64,000 bases of DNA from Paecilomyces variotii (lineage: Eukaryota), in the NCBI GenBank assembly GCA_004022145.1, contig RCNU01000014.1, one strand, 5' to 3'. The notes below the pieces were generated by a model. That model made no database searches. It was given only the letters and a program-made list of their open reading frames with translations, and was not told the origin of the DNA. How positions within the stretch are numbered: position 1 is the stretch's first letter; every line of letters starts with the position of its first letter. Shown here in pieces: positions 35,702-48,711 of this stretch. Made by a program: the position numbers and the translations under genes.

Positions 35702-37175
35702 TCGAATAAACCCCCAAATCCGGAAATATGCATGTATAGTAAGCAAGTAGCAAGGTTGTCTAAGATGTTATGTTATGGTCTCCTGGGTAGACAGGCGTAC
35801 TATCAGGCCATTTGCAGTAATACGAAATAGAGATAGATTGATAGAAGACCATCTCCCACAATGGTTCTGAAAAGCCGATTGTCTAAATGATTGATATTGC
35901 TATATCACTAAAGAGATTGTAAGCTAGGTATACTTTATAGATACAGGGAAGGGCTAGTAAAAAAAGAAATAATAATAATAATTGATGAAAAGCTTCAGAT
36001 TATGTCTTGTTCTGGTATTATTCTAGTGATTAACAGTAATGCTGATCTAGCTGACAAGCATTAAGGAGCTCCAATAAGCTCTAAGATGGCGGAGCATTCG
36101 TTAGGCGTAATAAACCTACTAACTAGTGATGCACTTCTCCGTATATAGTGAGACTATACGAACTATTACAGCCACGCATCAGAGAACCCCTAAGCTGCCT
36201 GGGGGCTCGACCCAGGATTATATGTATATGCAAGAATTACTCGGGGGGGTTTTGAATCCTACATTAGCCACCACATTCGACGACGGTAGGTTAACCACTG
36301 AGGGGTAGCCTATATAATCTCGTGTACAGGTGGGAGATAAGGATAGTTAGCGTGTAGCATGATTTCAAATTGCTTGATTCTTATCCAATTATTTGTATTA
36401 AACGTCCAATATAGTTGTAAAGTTTTGGAGGTTTCTTTCCATTAGGTAGGTATAATGTCGAAGGTCCAGGTAGACCAATTAGGAGTTCTGATCTTTGGAT
36501 GGATGGTAACAAATGCTCTCCGACGTACCTAGTACCATATAGATGACTGAAGCGAACTCCTGCGAGGGTCGAATGATCCGACACAACGCGGAGTACACTG
36601 CGGGCTCATTGCTTGCATATCACTAGCAGCAGATGAATCACACGCGCTAATCCAGAGTAGGAGTTTCGTGTGATCCAGGCACTAAAAGCTCAGAACAGCA
36701 AGATATGTTGGAGAACAGTCTCCTACAGGATTACAGGATTTTCAATTATTTTATCAAATATACCGCGCAAAGGTAAAGATCTCAACCCTCGGTTACGCTC
36801 TAGGCTCTGTGGTCCAAAGTATAGGTAGGAGCTGCAGTAATGGGCTGGGCCAGAAGAGGATCGTCCTATCAGAGAAATATGACCTGTAGTTAGATCTCTA
36901 CAAGGCGAAATTGCATCCGCTAGGGTAGTATCGCGCATGGCGGGAAGGATTTGGGGGCCATTTTAGTTCTCTTGAGATTGGAAGTGCCTAAGGACCGCTA
37001 GGATGTCCTATAATAGAAATAAGCATCCATCCTGTTAAAGCTGGTAAGGACTGAAATTGTCTATATGGCCGGTCTGTGCTGATCAACTCCAAGTCTCCCC
37101 TCCTCTTATCGATAGGTTCGTCTGGTTTATAGCGCTTGCTCCGCTAGTAAGTCGCCAGTCAAACCCTATCTCAAC

Positions 37176-38486
37176 ATGTCGTGGCAGGGTCATGAAGGCC
37201 CCAAGGTGAAGCTGCGGTCGGCATGCGACCGGTGCTCTGCGAACAAGGTCAAATGCACTCAGGAGAAGCCCGAATGCGAGCGTTGTCGTCTTCTGAGCTT
37301 GCCTTGCAACTATAGCCGTTCGATGCGGATAGGGAAACCACCCAAATCCCGACAGCGTGGATTGTCCAATATTGACCCGAAGACTCTCATGGGCGGGACT
37401 GTTACCAAAAAGCTCAGGCCGTGTCCGAGCGCGCCAGAGTCAGCGTGTAGAGGTTCATTCGAAGATGGAGATGGGGGCCCGTGGACAGAAACTATGACAT
37501 TCGAGGAGATGTTATCCCGTCCCTCCCCACCTCCCTTTGCTGGACCGTCACACAATTCAAACCGTCCTACGAACATGGCTTCTACGAACCAAGATCAGTA
37601 CTATCACGACAAAGGGAAACATGGCGAAACAATGGATGAGATGCTGCAGACGCTGGTCCCAGACTCAGTGCAGTTCATAGAGTTCCCCAACACAGCCCGG
37701 GAAGACCAGAAACAACATCCAGAACTCAGGTCGGAAGAAGAGTATAGTGATTATAGATCCAAGTCTCTCTTCGAGGAAGGCTTGGCACGCATCGCACCTG
37801 ATTGTGCTGGGGGTATTATGGACGTCTTATATGGCGAAGAGGCCTTAGTGCAGATGCCCAATCTGCCCTCGAGTACGCATGAAGGAAGCTCAAATACCCA
37901 TGTTACTTCATCCCACAACTGTACGAGAGCCGTGATGGAGAATCTAGCCAAGCTATACCAAGTATGCGCACCTGCTGGAGTAGAGAATGGTTCCCACCCC
38001 ACAACCGACCAAGTACTCAAAGCAAACAGCGACGCCATGAAGGACGCTGCGGATCTTTTGGCGTGCCCGTGTGCCAAGGACTTCTGCTTTCCCATCATAC
38101 TTGGCATCACAGCATGCAGAGTTCTGGCCTGGTATCAGGTCGTGATCGACATGTATGACCCGGAGATTCCCATGGCCACGATGCCAACGGCACGCGAGGA
38201 CATCAAGCACTGTCCGATTGCATTTGGAGCGTATCAGCTGGATGAGGAGGTGAGCCAAGCAATGACCAGTCAATTCGTTCTACGAAACCTCCGTGCAATG
38301 ACTCGATTTGTCAAGACCTATGTGGAGAACTTCTGCTCTGATATCAATAAGAACCGGCCAGGAAGCTGTAGCCTCATCTACCGCTCCCTGGGCACTTTTA
38401 TGCAGACGCGGCTTGGAAATACCATTGAGCAACTGGAGGATCGGTTGGCTGCATTTGATGGCGAGTATACAAAGAACATCGGATAG
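37176..38486 (+). CDS. vdtR: Zn(II)2Cys6 cluster-specific transcription factor with AflR-like C-terminal domain
   Basis: CDRCSANKVKCTQEKPECERCRLLSLPC, and C-terminal DQVLKAN..LLACPC..RVLAWY. Confidence 0.93.
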   Translation: MSWQGHEGPKVKLRSACDRCSANKVKCTQEKPECERCRLLSLPCNYSRSMRIGKPPKSRQRGLSNIDPKTLMGGTVTKKLRPCPSAPESACRGSFEDGDGGPWTETMTFEEMLSRPSPPPFAGPSHNSNRPTNMASTNQDQYYHDKGKHGETMDEMLQTLVPDSVQFIEFPNTAREDQKQHPELRSEEEYSDYRSKSLFEEGLARIAPDCAGGIMDVLYGEEALVQMPNLPSSTHEGSSNTHVTSSHNCTRAVMENLAKLYQVCAPAGVENGSHPTTDQVLKANSDAMKDAADLLACPCAKDFCFPIILGITACRVLAWYQVVIDMYDPEIPMATMPTAREDIKHCPIAFGAYQLDEEVSQAMTSQFVLRNLRAMTRFVKTYVENFCSDINKNRPGSCSLIYRSLGTFMQTRLGNTIEQLEDRLAAFDGEYTKNIG

Positions 38487-38488
38487 CT

Positions 38489-38499
38489 TCGGGCACCGA
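38489..38499. promoter_or_regulatory. TCGG-N3-CCGA palindrome starting 3 nt after the vdtR stop, upstream of vdtX
   Basis: TCGGGCACCGA. Confidence 0.5.
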
Positions 38500-39498
38500 A
38501 ACAATATCTGCCTTTTATTGCTTCTCAATCAAGCAGTTAATGGATTCCTAAACCTTCCACACCAAAGTTGGGGCAACGGCTCCAGGGAGAGGAACGTCAA
38601 AAGGACGATGGCAGAATATTTATACCACGTGGAAACCCTCACTGAAACTTGATTTAGGAGTTGTTTGGATATAATCGACCTGTACAGATCTTCAATGACA
38701 GTTTGTCTTTCGGGGTCTCGTCTTCCTGCGCCTCGGGAATCCTCCGGGCCTGGGAGTTTTTGAGTAGCTGCTATTGACGTGGAGAAGGCACGGAGATCAG
38801 GAGAGAAAAATGCTACAGTCGAGATAAGGCAAGCAGGATATAGCTCACGACAAGATATAGTATATGAAAGAGCAACTAGAAACTGACTGGCAATCTGTAA
38901 CGTACATGAACAATGATCCTCCATATTCTGGGTCCCTCCGATCCATATATAGGATTTGTATCTAAAACAATCCAAAAAGCCGATATAAAGGATTAGCAGC
39001 AGAAATAATAAGGCAAAAGAGGATCTATACCATCATAGCAGCCCAAGCGCATGTTCTAAACCCCTGCGGGGATATCAATCTACCCGAGTTGCATGCCCTA
39101 GGCAAATAATCATGTCACGGGTTCCCCGTGACACTATATAGATGACATCTGTATTCTGCTGTATCCAGACCTCTGTGCCGTAATATTAATAACTTGTAGA
39201 TTTAATAAGAAAATAATATTTTCTTTCTCTAAGAGGGGCAAGTTACCCCTCACCTTAGACCCCGCTTGGTTTACTTTCTTGAGTATGAAATGCACAGACC
39301 GCGAGACGTGTCACATAATGATAACTATTAATAATTGACCACTCAATAATTTAAATCTCAAGTTTAATCTCTCTGAGGTTGAAGGATTTGTCTGTTCTAA
39401 TCTCAAATTTATTACATTTCCCCTCCAATATGAGCTATTGAAAGACTCTTATAAACAAACACTATAGAAGCAAGGAGAGAATATAGAAAATAAAGTAT

Positions 39499-39610
39499 AG
39501 AAAAGAAAGAAAGAAAGAAAGAAAAGAAAGAAAGAAAAGAAAGAAAAGAAAGAAAAGAAAGAAAAGAAAGAAAAGAAAGAAAAGAAAGAAAAGAAAGAAA
39601 AGAAAGAAAA
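39499..39610. repeat. Pure-purine (GAAA)n/(GAAAAGAAA)n microsatellite, 112 bp, just upstream of the vdtX start
   Basis: Read directly, no pyrimidines. Confidence 0.95.
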
Positions 39611-39644
39611 CACAAACTCGGAATCGTCTACACAATTCAACAGC

Positions 39645-42600
39645 ATGTCTACTAGTGTACGTACTGCCTGCTTGAGAATAATCGTTCTTGATACTAAATT
39701 ACTCGGTGTCTAGACTTGTGATTCATTGCCTGGTACTTCTACCCCAATGGCAATCTGCGGTATAGCCGTGAGACTGCCCGGTGGAATTTCCAACGATGCT
39801 CAGCTCTGGGACTTTCTCCTTGCCAAGCGCGATGCTAGATCACAAGTCCCCGGTAGTCGGTACAATATTTCGGGATACCACTCCGATTCGGGAAAGCACG
39901 GGACTTCAAAATCGAAGTATGGGTATTTTCTCGATGAATCTGTCGACCTCGGAACCCTCGATACCTCGTTTTTCAGCTTTACGAAGCTTGAACTGGAGTA
40001 CATTGATCCCTGTCAACGTCAACTGTTGGAAGTTGTCCGAGAGTGTTTTGAAAGCGCCGGAGAGGTCAACTATCGTGGAAAGGATATCGGATGTTTTGTT
40101 GGCTCGTTTGGCGATGATTGGACCGAAAACCTTACACATGATGAACAAACATCGGCCAAGTATCCTCTGATGGTTGGAGGTGACTTTGCTACTCCAAATC
40201 GAGTCTCATACGAGTACAACCTTCATGGGCCAAGTGTGAGCATTCGAACGGCCTGCTCCTCGTCGCTCGTCGCGCTTCACTCTGCATGTTTATCGATCCA
40301 GAATGGAGACTGCTCAGCTGCCATTGTTGCTGGTTTCAACCTCATTCTCACCCCCACAATGACCATGATCATGTCGTCAAAGGGCGTACTTTCTGCTGAT
40401 GGGTCTTCCAAATCATTTGATGCGGACGCGGACGGATATGGCCGAGGAGAGGCGGTCAATGCCGTATACATCAAGCCGCTCCATGACGCCATACGTGATG
40501 GAAACCCTATACGTGCCGTTATTAGGGGTACTGCTACAAATTCCGACGGAAAGTCGGCAGGTTTTACTGTACCCAGTGCTGATGCCCAGGAGGACGTCAT
40601 TCGGAAAGCCTATAAAGCTGCTGGTATAAGTGACCTCTCCCAGACCGCGTTTGTGGAATGCCATGGCACAGGAACCACAGTCGGTGACCCTATAGAGGTT
40701 GCGGCAATTGCGAATACCTTTGGCGGCGATATGTACATTGGGTCCGTCAAGCCCAATGTGGGCCATTCTGAAGGTGCATCGGGGCTCACCTCTTTGATCA
40801 AGGCAGTGCTGGCTGTTGAGAACCGCACCATTCCACCTAACATCAAATTCAATACCCCAAACCCCAAGATTCCGTTTGAGGCTAAGAAAATCACTGTCCC
40901 TGTGGAGGCAACCCCATGGCCTTGGAACCGCTGTGTAAGAGCCAGTGTGAACAGCTTTGGAATGGGGGGCGTCAATGCTCATGTTATCATCGAGTCTGCC
41001 GATAATTTCACTCCACCAACCTCAGAAGTGATCGAAGAGCATGATTCAACCCCACAATTACTGTTATTCTCAGCGAACACGCAGGATTCCCTCGAAGCAA
41101 TGATTCAACGGAACCTTGCTTATCTGAGGGAGAATACTGACTCTCTGCGTGATCTTGTATATACCATGGGTGCAAGGCGGGAACACCTTTCGTTCCGGGC
41201 TGCATCCATTGTACACAGCGACATGTCGGTTACTACAGCCTCGTTTGGAAAAGCTCCCTCAAGTCCACCGGACATCGTCATGGTCTTCGCGGGTCAGGGC
41301 GCTCAGTGGCCAGGCATGGGAGTTGAGCTTTTCAAGAGCAATGCCACCTTTCGAAGGTCAATTTTGGAAATGGATAGTGTCTTGCAGAGTCTGCCCGATG
41401 CCCCTGCCTGGTCGATCGCAGATGAAATCTCAAAGGAACACCAGACAAGCATGCTTTATCTATCCTCTTACTCGCAACCGATATGCACTGCACTTCAGGT
41501 CGCACTGGTTAATACTCTTTTCGAGCTCAACATCAGGCCCTATGCCGTCATTGGTCATTCGTCAGGGGAGCTTGCCGCGGCCTACGCTGCAGGTAGGCTC
41601 ACTGCTAGCCAGGCTGTGACGCTCGCCTACTACCGCGGCATTGTGGCAGGAAAAGTAGCACAGGCCGGGTGTATGGCCGCGGTTGGAATGGGAGCGTCTG
41701 AGATTATCCATTTTTGAGACCAGGAGTGGTTGTCGCTTGTGAGAACTCTCCATCCAGTGTCACTATATCTGGTGATATCGATCAGGTGCAGTATGTGATG
41801 CAGGAAATATCTTTGGCACACCCAGAGATCCTGTGCCGGCAAATCAAGAGTGATACCGCCTATCATTCACATCATATGAAATCTGTCGGAGATACATATC
41901 ATTCATTCATCAATCCCTTTTTCCGCGGTGAGACCGAGGTCAACTGTCAACCCGTCCACTTTTTTTCCACGGTTACTGGCGATGAACTGAGTGATGGAGA
42001 TCATGTGGGACCCAAATACTGGCAACAGAATCTAGAGTCCCGGGTCTTGTTCCAAGGAGCTTTGGAAAACATCATTTCTCGCCAAAGAAGCCGCCATCTT
42101 TTATTTCTCGACGTTTCGCCTCATAGCACTCTCGCTGGCCCAATTCGTCAGACGCTGGAGCAAGCAGAAGTGGCCCATCCTTATGTCCCTTGTCTGATTC
42201 GTTTTAAAAACTGTGCTGAATCTTTCCTTTCTACCATTGGTCAACTGTATTCGCACAGGCAACCCCTTGATTTCAATATGCTCACCAACCCGGATCGAAC
42301 TGCCAAAGTGCTCACCGATGTACCGACCTATCCATGGCAACATGGCTACTCCAATCTGTACACGACACGCCAAAATAATGAATGGCTATTCCGCAAACAA
42401 CCGAAACACGAACTTCTGGGAACTCGAGTGGTTGATAGCACAGATAATGAGCCCTGCTGGAGAAATGTTCTTTATCTAGAACATGTCACATGGCTTCGGG
42501 ATCACAAAGTCTCTGGCAATATTGTCTTTCCAGCGGCTGGCTATGTCATGATGGCTGGAGAGGCCGTGCGACAGATCGGCTCAACTGCGTCCGGATTCAT

Positions 42601-45600
42601 CGTCCGCCAAATGGTTCTGGACACCGCAATGGTCCTGAATCAGTCAAACCCCACGGAGATCGTAACCTCCCTTCGGAAGCATCGACGGGATCGATGGTAT
42701 AGCTTCACAATCAGTTCACACAACGGCGTGAAGTGGATTGAGCACTGTTACGGGGAAGTTGCCCAGGGTCATGACCTACCCTCCACGGCGAGCACACACA
42801 AAGAAAACCTCTCTCGGGATATCAACGTCTCCAATTGGTACAAAACCCTCAGTCGTGGGGGGGTTGAATTTGGACCTGCCTTTCAATGCGTCGAAAGCCA
42901 ATCCTGCTCAGTCACCAGTAACACTGTGTCCGGAAGGATCGTATCTAAGGTGAATGAATCGACATACTATCCAGTTCACCCTACACAGTTGGATTCCGTT
43001 CTCCACATCGTATACGGTGCAATCTACAAAGGGTTCGACTGGCAGGTTGAATCATTGCCTGTTCCAACGAGTATAGGAGAAATTATGATTGGCGAATGTG
43101 TATCGGACTTAGATGTCACGATGTGGGCGGATGTCTCCAGAAATAGCAATATACTCGTTAACGGGGAGGCCTTTGGGTCTGATGGCTGTCTTTTGATACG
43201 CATCAAAGACATCGTTCTTCGACCCCTTGGGGCAAATCAGGCTTGTTTTGAAGAAGATGAATCCCACGCTGGAGCAAGGCTGCTTTGGAAACCAAGTATG
43301 CAATTCCTCAATCTTGCCGATCTTATTCAAACGCCGGTAAATTGGACGAAGCAAACGATGCTATTGAATGATTTTACTTCTTTGTGCATTGAACGAGCTC
43401 TCTGTCTTCTTCACGCGCAGGGTGTGTCTTCAAGCATCAGCCATCTCCAAAAATATCAGGACTGGCTCCAAAGACAGCCAAAACCAAGTTCTGAGCAAAG
43501 CATGGAATCATTGGTTGAGAAGATCCTAGCTACTTCGGCAGCACCCTGTGCCCGAGCAATGATTAAAGTATTGGACAACATTGTCCCGATCTGCAAAGGT
43601 GAAATCGATGCTTTAGAAGTCCTCATGGGTGATGATACACTTTACGAACTCTACAACTACCTCAATGAGGTTGACCGCACTCCACTTTTCGACTCTCTAG
43701 GTCACTACCAGCCGCAACAGCGAATTCTTGAGATTGGGGCTGGTACAGGAGGAACAACAGCAAAGATTCTTCCTCGGACGAAGTACTCGACATATACATT
43801 CACAGATATTTCCGCGGCCTTTTTTCCAGCAGCAAAAGACCGTTTTCAATGTCATGCGAACGTAGTCTACCGGACACTTGACATAACCAAAGACCCCTTG
43901 GACCAGGGTTTCGAACCAGAGTCGTTTGATCTGATTGTTGCAGCAAATGTTTTGCACGCCACACCGAATCTGTACGAGACGCTCAGCAACGTCCGCAAGC
44001 TCCTCCACCCGCGGGGGAAGCTATTGTTAGAGGAACTTTGTGGTGACGCTAAGTTCACCAATTTCATTGTCGGGGTTCTGCCTGGCTGGTGGGCAGGCGA
44101 GTCTGATGGCAGAGCAGACGAGCCCTACATCTCTCCCGACCGTTGGGACAGTATCCTGAAGGCTGCTGGTTTCAACCCTCTCGACGATGTTGCGTTTGAT
44201 GCAGCACCGCCACTTCATAGCCTTGCATTCATGCTTGCAAGCCCTTCTTGTGTCCCTGAATCCCCATTGAAAAGAAACGTCACGTTGCTGTCTGATGTGA
44301 CATCATCAGAAATTGCAGTACGAATGCAGAAGCAATTACTTTCTAGAGGGTATAGTGTCGGTGTTCAGTCACTCGATCAGTCTTTGATGGATGGGGAAGA
44401 CGTCATTATTCTTGTCGATACAGTATCTCCTTTCTTCCATAACCTGGATAGTAGAAAGCTTTCTACCTTTCAGAACCTCCTACGTGAACTGCAGCGATCA
44501 CATTCCGGGGCCCTTTGGGTGACCCGATCGATTCAGATAGACTGCAGGGATCCTCGATACTCACCTACTCTCGGCGTCGCACGCACGGTTCGCTCCGAAT
44601 TTGGCCTGGACTTCGGGACATGTGAGGTCGACACTCTCAAGTACACGAGCATCGGGCTCGTCATTGATGTTTTCGAGGCGTTTCATGGCCGGCGTCATGG
44701 ACAAAATGCCTACCCTGAATATGAATATGCCATTCGGGAAGACACAGTTCATATCGGACGATTATCTTCTTTCTCTGTCCAGGAGGAATTGAGGCGGATC
44801 CAAAAAGCGCATGTGGAAACCAAGGACAACAGAATATCTCTTGTGGCTGGGACAAGTGGGTTTGACTCTTTAGCTTGGCAGGCCGATGCAGGGCAGCAAG
44901 TTCAGTTACTGGGAGATGACGAGGTTGAACTTCAGGTAGACACTGCTGGTGTGAACTTCCTGGTACGTTGCTCATTTCAATTCCAAGGAGAAAGCTAATG
45001 GAACAAGGATATCTATACCTGTTTGGGCAATTTGGAAATGCCTTGTACGGGAATGGGTCTCGAGGCCGCTGGTATTGTGCTTCGGGTTGGTGCACAAGTT
45101 CAGGGCCTTAGTCCGGGTGACAGAATAGCTACATTTGGCCCTGGGGCCTTTGCAACGACAATGATACTTCCAGAATCACGCTGCATCAAGATCCCTGACT
45201 GTCTAACACTCCAAGATGCAGCCGTCATGCCTCTTGCGTTTGCCACTGCCCTTCACGGATTGTGTGACCTCGGAAATTTGCAAAAGAATCAGGTAATTGT
45301 GCCGTTGCCTTTGATAGATACACCACTGACTGGACGTGCAGACTGTTCTTATCAATTCTGCCTCCGATGGAGTAGGCCTTGCTGCTATCCAAATCAGTAA
45401 AATGATTGGAGCGACCATCTACGCCACTGTCATTGGCGAGGATAAAGTGGAATATCTTACAGCGTCGCATGGTATCCCGCGAGATCACATTTTCAATTCG
45501 CGCGATTCATCGTTTCTAGATGGAATAATGAGAGTAACTAATGGCCGTGGAGTTGATCTGGTTCTAACCTCACTTTCTGCAGACTTCATTCAGGCTTCCT

Positions 45601-47197
45601 GTGACTGTGTTGCTAACTTTGGTAAACTGGTCAACCTTTCTAAGCCGACTGCAGCCAACCAAGGACAATTTCCCATAGATTCCTTTCATCCTAACATGTC
45701 ATACGCTTCCGTCGACATCATTGACTACATTAAGCGTAGACCAAAAGAGAGTAAACGGTACGTGATCACTTTCAGGCACTCGTACCAGCTTTGTCCTGCA
45801 TGTAACTGACATGTGCGCGTTCCAGTCTGTTGGAGGAAATCGTGGAGCTTTATAAACAGGGACATATCCAACCTATTACCCCTGTGAAGACATTTACTGC
45901 GACGGATATCCGACAATGCTTTGATTACATGCAAAGCGGGCAACATATTGGCCAGCTGAGGCTCTCCTTGAAATCACAAGATACGTTCATTGAGGCGGTT
46001 TGCTCTCCCAAGACCATGATCTTCCAAAGTGATGCGTCTTACCTCCTCGTCGGGGGGCTTGGAGGGTTGGGTGCTGAGATAGCAAGGTGGATGGCTGAGC
46101 ATGGTGCCAGAAATCTCATCTTCTTGTCTCGAAGTGCCGATGCAGAGTCTAATATCAGACTATTCCGTGAACTGGAAAGTCAAGGCTGTTCCGTGCAAGC
46201 AATCAAGGGAAGCGTCTGCAACGCATCTGACGTTAAGAGAGCCATTTCAGCCGCCAGGATCAAATTGAAAGGCATTTTTAATATGTCCATGGTGCTACAG
46301 GATGCATCGTTGCTCAAAATGTCATCTGATGAATGGAACGCTGCAACCGGTCCAAAGATTCAAGGCACTTGGAATCTGCACGACGCAAGCTTGGACCAGG
46401 ATCTTGACTTTTTCCTCCTTTTCAGCTCAATGGGTGGTATTCTTGGAATACCTGGACAGGCCAATTATGCCTCTGCGAACACCTTCATGGATGCGTTTGT
46501 GCAATTCCGCCATAGCTCCCATTTGCCTGCTTCTGTCATTGACATTGGTGAAGTCCAAGGTATTGGACATGTCGCCAATAACCCGGAGATTTTGAATCGA
46601 CTCAAATTGCTCGAATGTGCCCGCATGAGCCAAAAGGATCTGTTCCACGCCATCACAATTGCCATATCTCATAGCCTTCCTCCACAAACCCTGGATTACA
46701 GCCGTTACGAAAACCCAGCGCAATTCATCACTGGGCTGAGAGACACCACTGGTATGCTGGACAGCACCGGCGGAAAGTCCATGTTGCTGGATAGTCGCCT
46801 AGCTGCTTATGTTGGCAATTCTGCTGCTGTCACCGCACCCACGGAGACGAAAACTTCGGCGAACAAACTCAACAATTTCGTGTCTTCAGCTGCCACAGAC
46901 TCTGCCATTCTTTCAGAACCCTCGGCGACGCAATTTGTTAGCTTGGAGATCGCAAGATGGGTATTCGACCTTCTCATGAAACCGGTGGACGATGATTCAG
47001 AGATTGACCTTTCTCGCTCCCTCGTTGATGTCGGACTTGACAGTCTGGCTGCTGTCGAGATGCGGTCTTGGTTAAAATCCTCTCTGGGGTTGGACATTAG
47101 CGTTCTGGAAATCATGGCATCCCCCAGTCTGGCTGCGATGGGTGAGCATGTTATAAGAGAGCTGGTTAGAAAGTTCGGGGGAGACAACAAAAATTGA
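39645..47197 (+). pseudogene. vdtX: Highly reducing iterative PKS (KS-AT-DH-CMeT-ER-KR-ACP), frameshifted in AT as sequenced
   Basis: 12-nt first exon ATGTCTACTAGT, intron 39657-39713. Domain motifs: KS TACSS/HGTGT, AT GHSSG/YHS, DH HKVSGNIVFP, CMeT LEIGAGTGG, KR GGLGGLG/QANY, ACP GLDSL. The frame breaks at T5 41711-41715. The HR-PKS call is secure; pseudogene status is uncertain. Confidence 0.7.
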
Positions 47198-47569
47198 GAG
47201 GGTAGATAGCGTCATGTGAAATTCTTATAAGGTACTTATAATTCGAAACAAGTGGTTTCTTGATTCAATCGCTCCTAAGACATTTATGCCTAGAATCCGC
47301 CTTCTACGTCAGTCAGTCATGTATTCTATCGTAACTCATCCGACAGCTAGAAAGTGGTTGCCAGCTCATTAGGCGACTATTTCAAAACCTTCGCAGGTCA
47401 ACTTTCTGATCGGTCGTCCTTGAATAAAAACGTAAGTAACTTAACTAATTCTCTGCCTATAGTCGAGATCTTAAGCCGACCCTCTACGTGAGGATTTAGC
47501 TTTTTTTTCCCTTTCATATTACCTTATTAGTATAACTTCAGGAACTTCTATATGTATTCTCCGATTAGC

Positions 47570-47635
47570 CTGGTCATATTTGCGGACAGCCAAGCAGCGC
47601 TAAAAGCTCTCCGAAGACCTCGCACGGTATAAGGG
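47570..47635 (+). mobile_element. Relic of a non-LTR (LINE/Tad1-like) retrotransposon RNase H domain
   Basis: Translates to LVIFADSQAALKALRRPRTV*G, matching the IFxDSQAALKAL..P..SGQ motif of fungal LINE RNase H. Confidence 0.65.
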
Positions 47636-48036
47636 TTAAAAAATGCCGATTGTGCTCATGAAACATTTTCCTACATCTTGATTCAATTCTAAACGGCCAA
47701 GTCTCCCTTGACAAACATCCCGATTGCTGAGATAATTATAGAGGAGTTAATCTAAAACTTTCTATATGAGATAGGACGATATGTCGCTGATTACTCCTCT
47801 GGGCTTCAGGCTTAAAGTCTAGAATTAGAATCTGCATCTCATCCCTTGAACGACGTCCGGATAAAATCCAGTCCTCGGGACATGTCCCTCGGAATATCAA
47901 AGGCAGAGTGCTGATGCCAGTGTCAATTAATCCCCGACAAGCGAATAGGCCCCGAATGCACTATGTTTACAATGCGCGGGGTTCACAATCGGTCCTTTGT
48001 TGGAGGTGTACATCTATCCCGAAAGCGCCCCCGTCT

Positions 48037-48047
48037 TCGGACTCCGA
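48037..48047. promoter_or_regulatory. TCGG-N3-CCGA palindrome upstream of vdtA
   Basis: TCGGACTCCGA. Confidence 0.7.
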
Positions 48048-48342
48048 ATGCCATCCTAATACCCCGACACGGCAAATGACCTGCATATCAGCATGAGCTA
48101 GGCAAGTTTATAGCACGTGGCTGTTCGTATAGATCCGACATGCGGATTGGCTTCATAGAATCAAGCGCCATTGTGCGTACGCCGCATGTAACAGTCCAAG
48201 CTTATCATGGCCGGCAAATACCCAGGGCATTGATCAATACATTGGTATTGCTATGACTCGAAGAAGAATATCGGGGTAAATCTTTCCCTTCCGTACACTA
48301 CTCTCTGTTTCAACAACAATATTTGCCCTTTGCGTCCCAAAC

Positions 48343-48637
48343 ATGGCGCAAAAGCTTCGTTTTTACCTGTTTGGTGATCAGACCTATGATTACGATGAGC
48401 AGCTGAGGGCTCTTCTCACGAGCCATGACCCTGTTGTGAGGTCGTTTCTCGAGCGAGCCTATTATACTCTCCGAGCAGAGGTTGCCCGTATACCAAACGG
48501 ATACCAGGCACGGATTTCGCGCTTCTCTAGCATCGCTGAACTACTTTCCCAACGGCGGGAACATGGAGTAGACGCCAGCTTGGAGCAGGCTTTAACTGTT
48601 GTTTACCAGCTTGCGTCGTTTATGCGGTGAGTAACAT

Positions 48638-48711
<74 letters not shown>

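Noticed and set aside
38529-38975. 148-aa minus-strand ORF between vdtR and vdtX
   Set aside because: Non-ATG first start, no recognisable domain, no splice support.
39412-39646. ORFs with FLSFLS / FFSFFS repeats
   Set aside because: Translation artefacts of the purine microsatellite.
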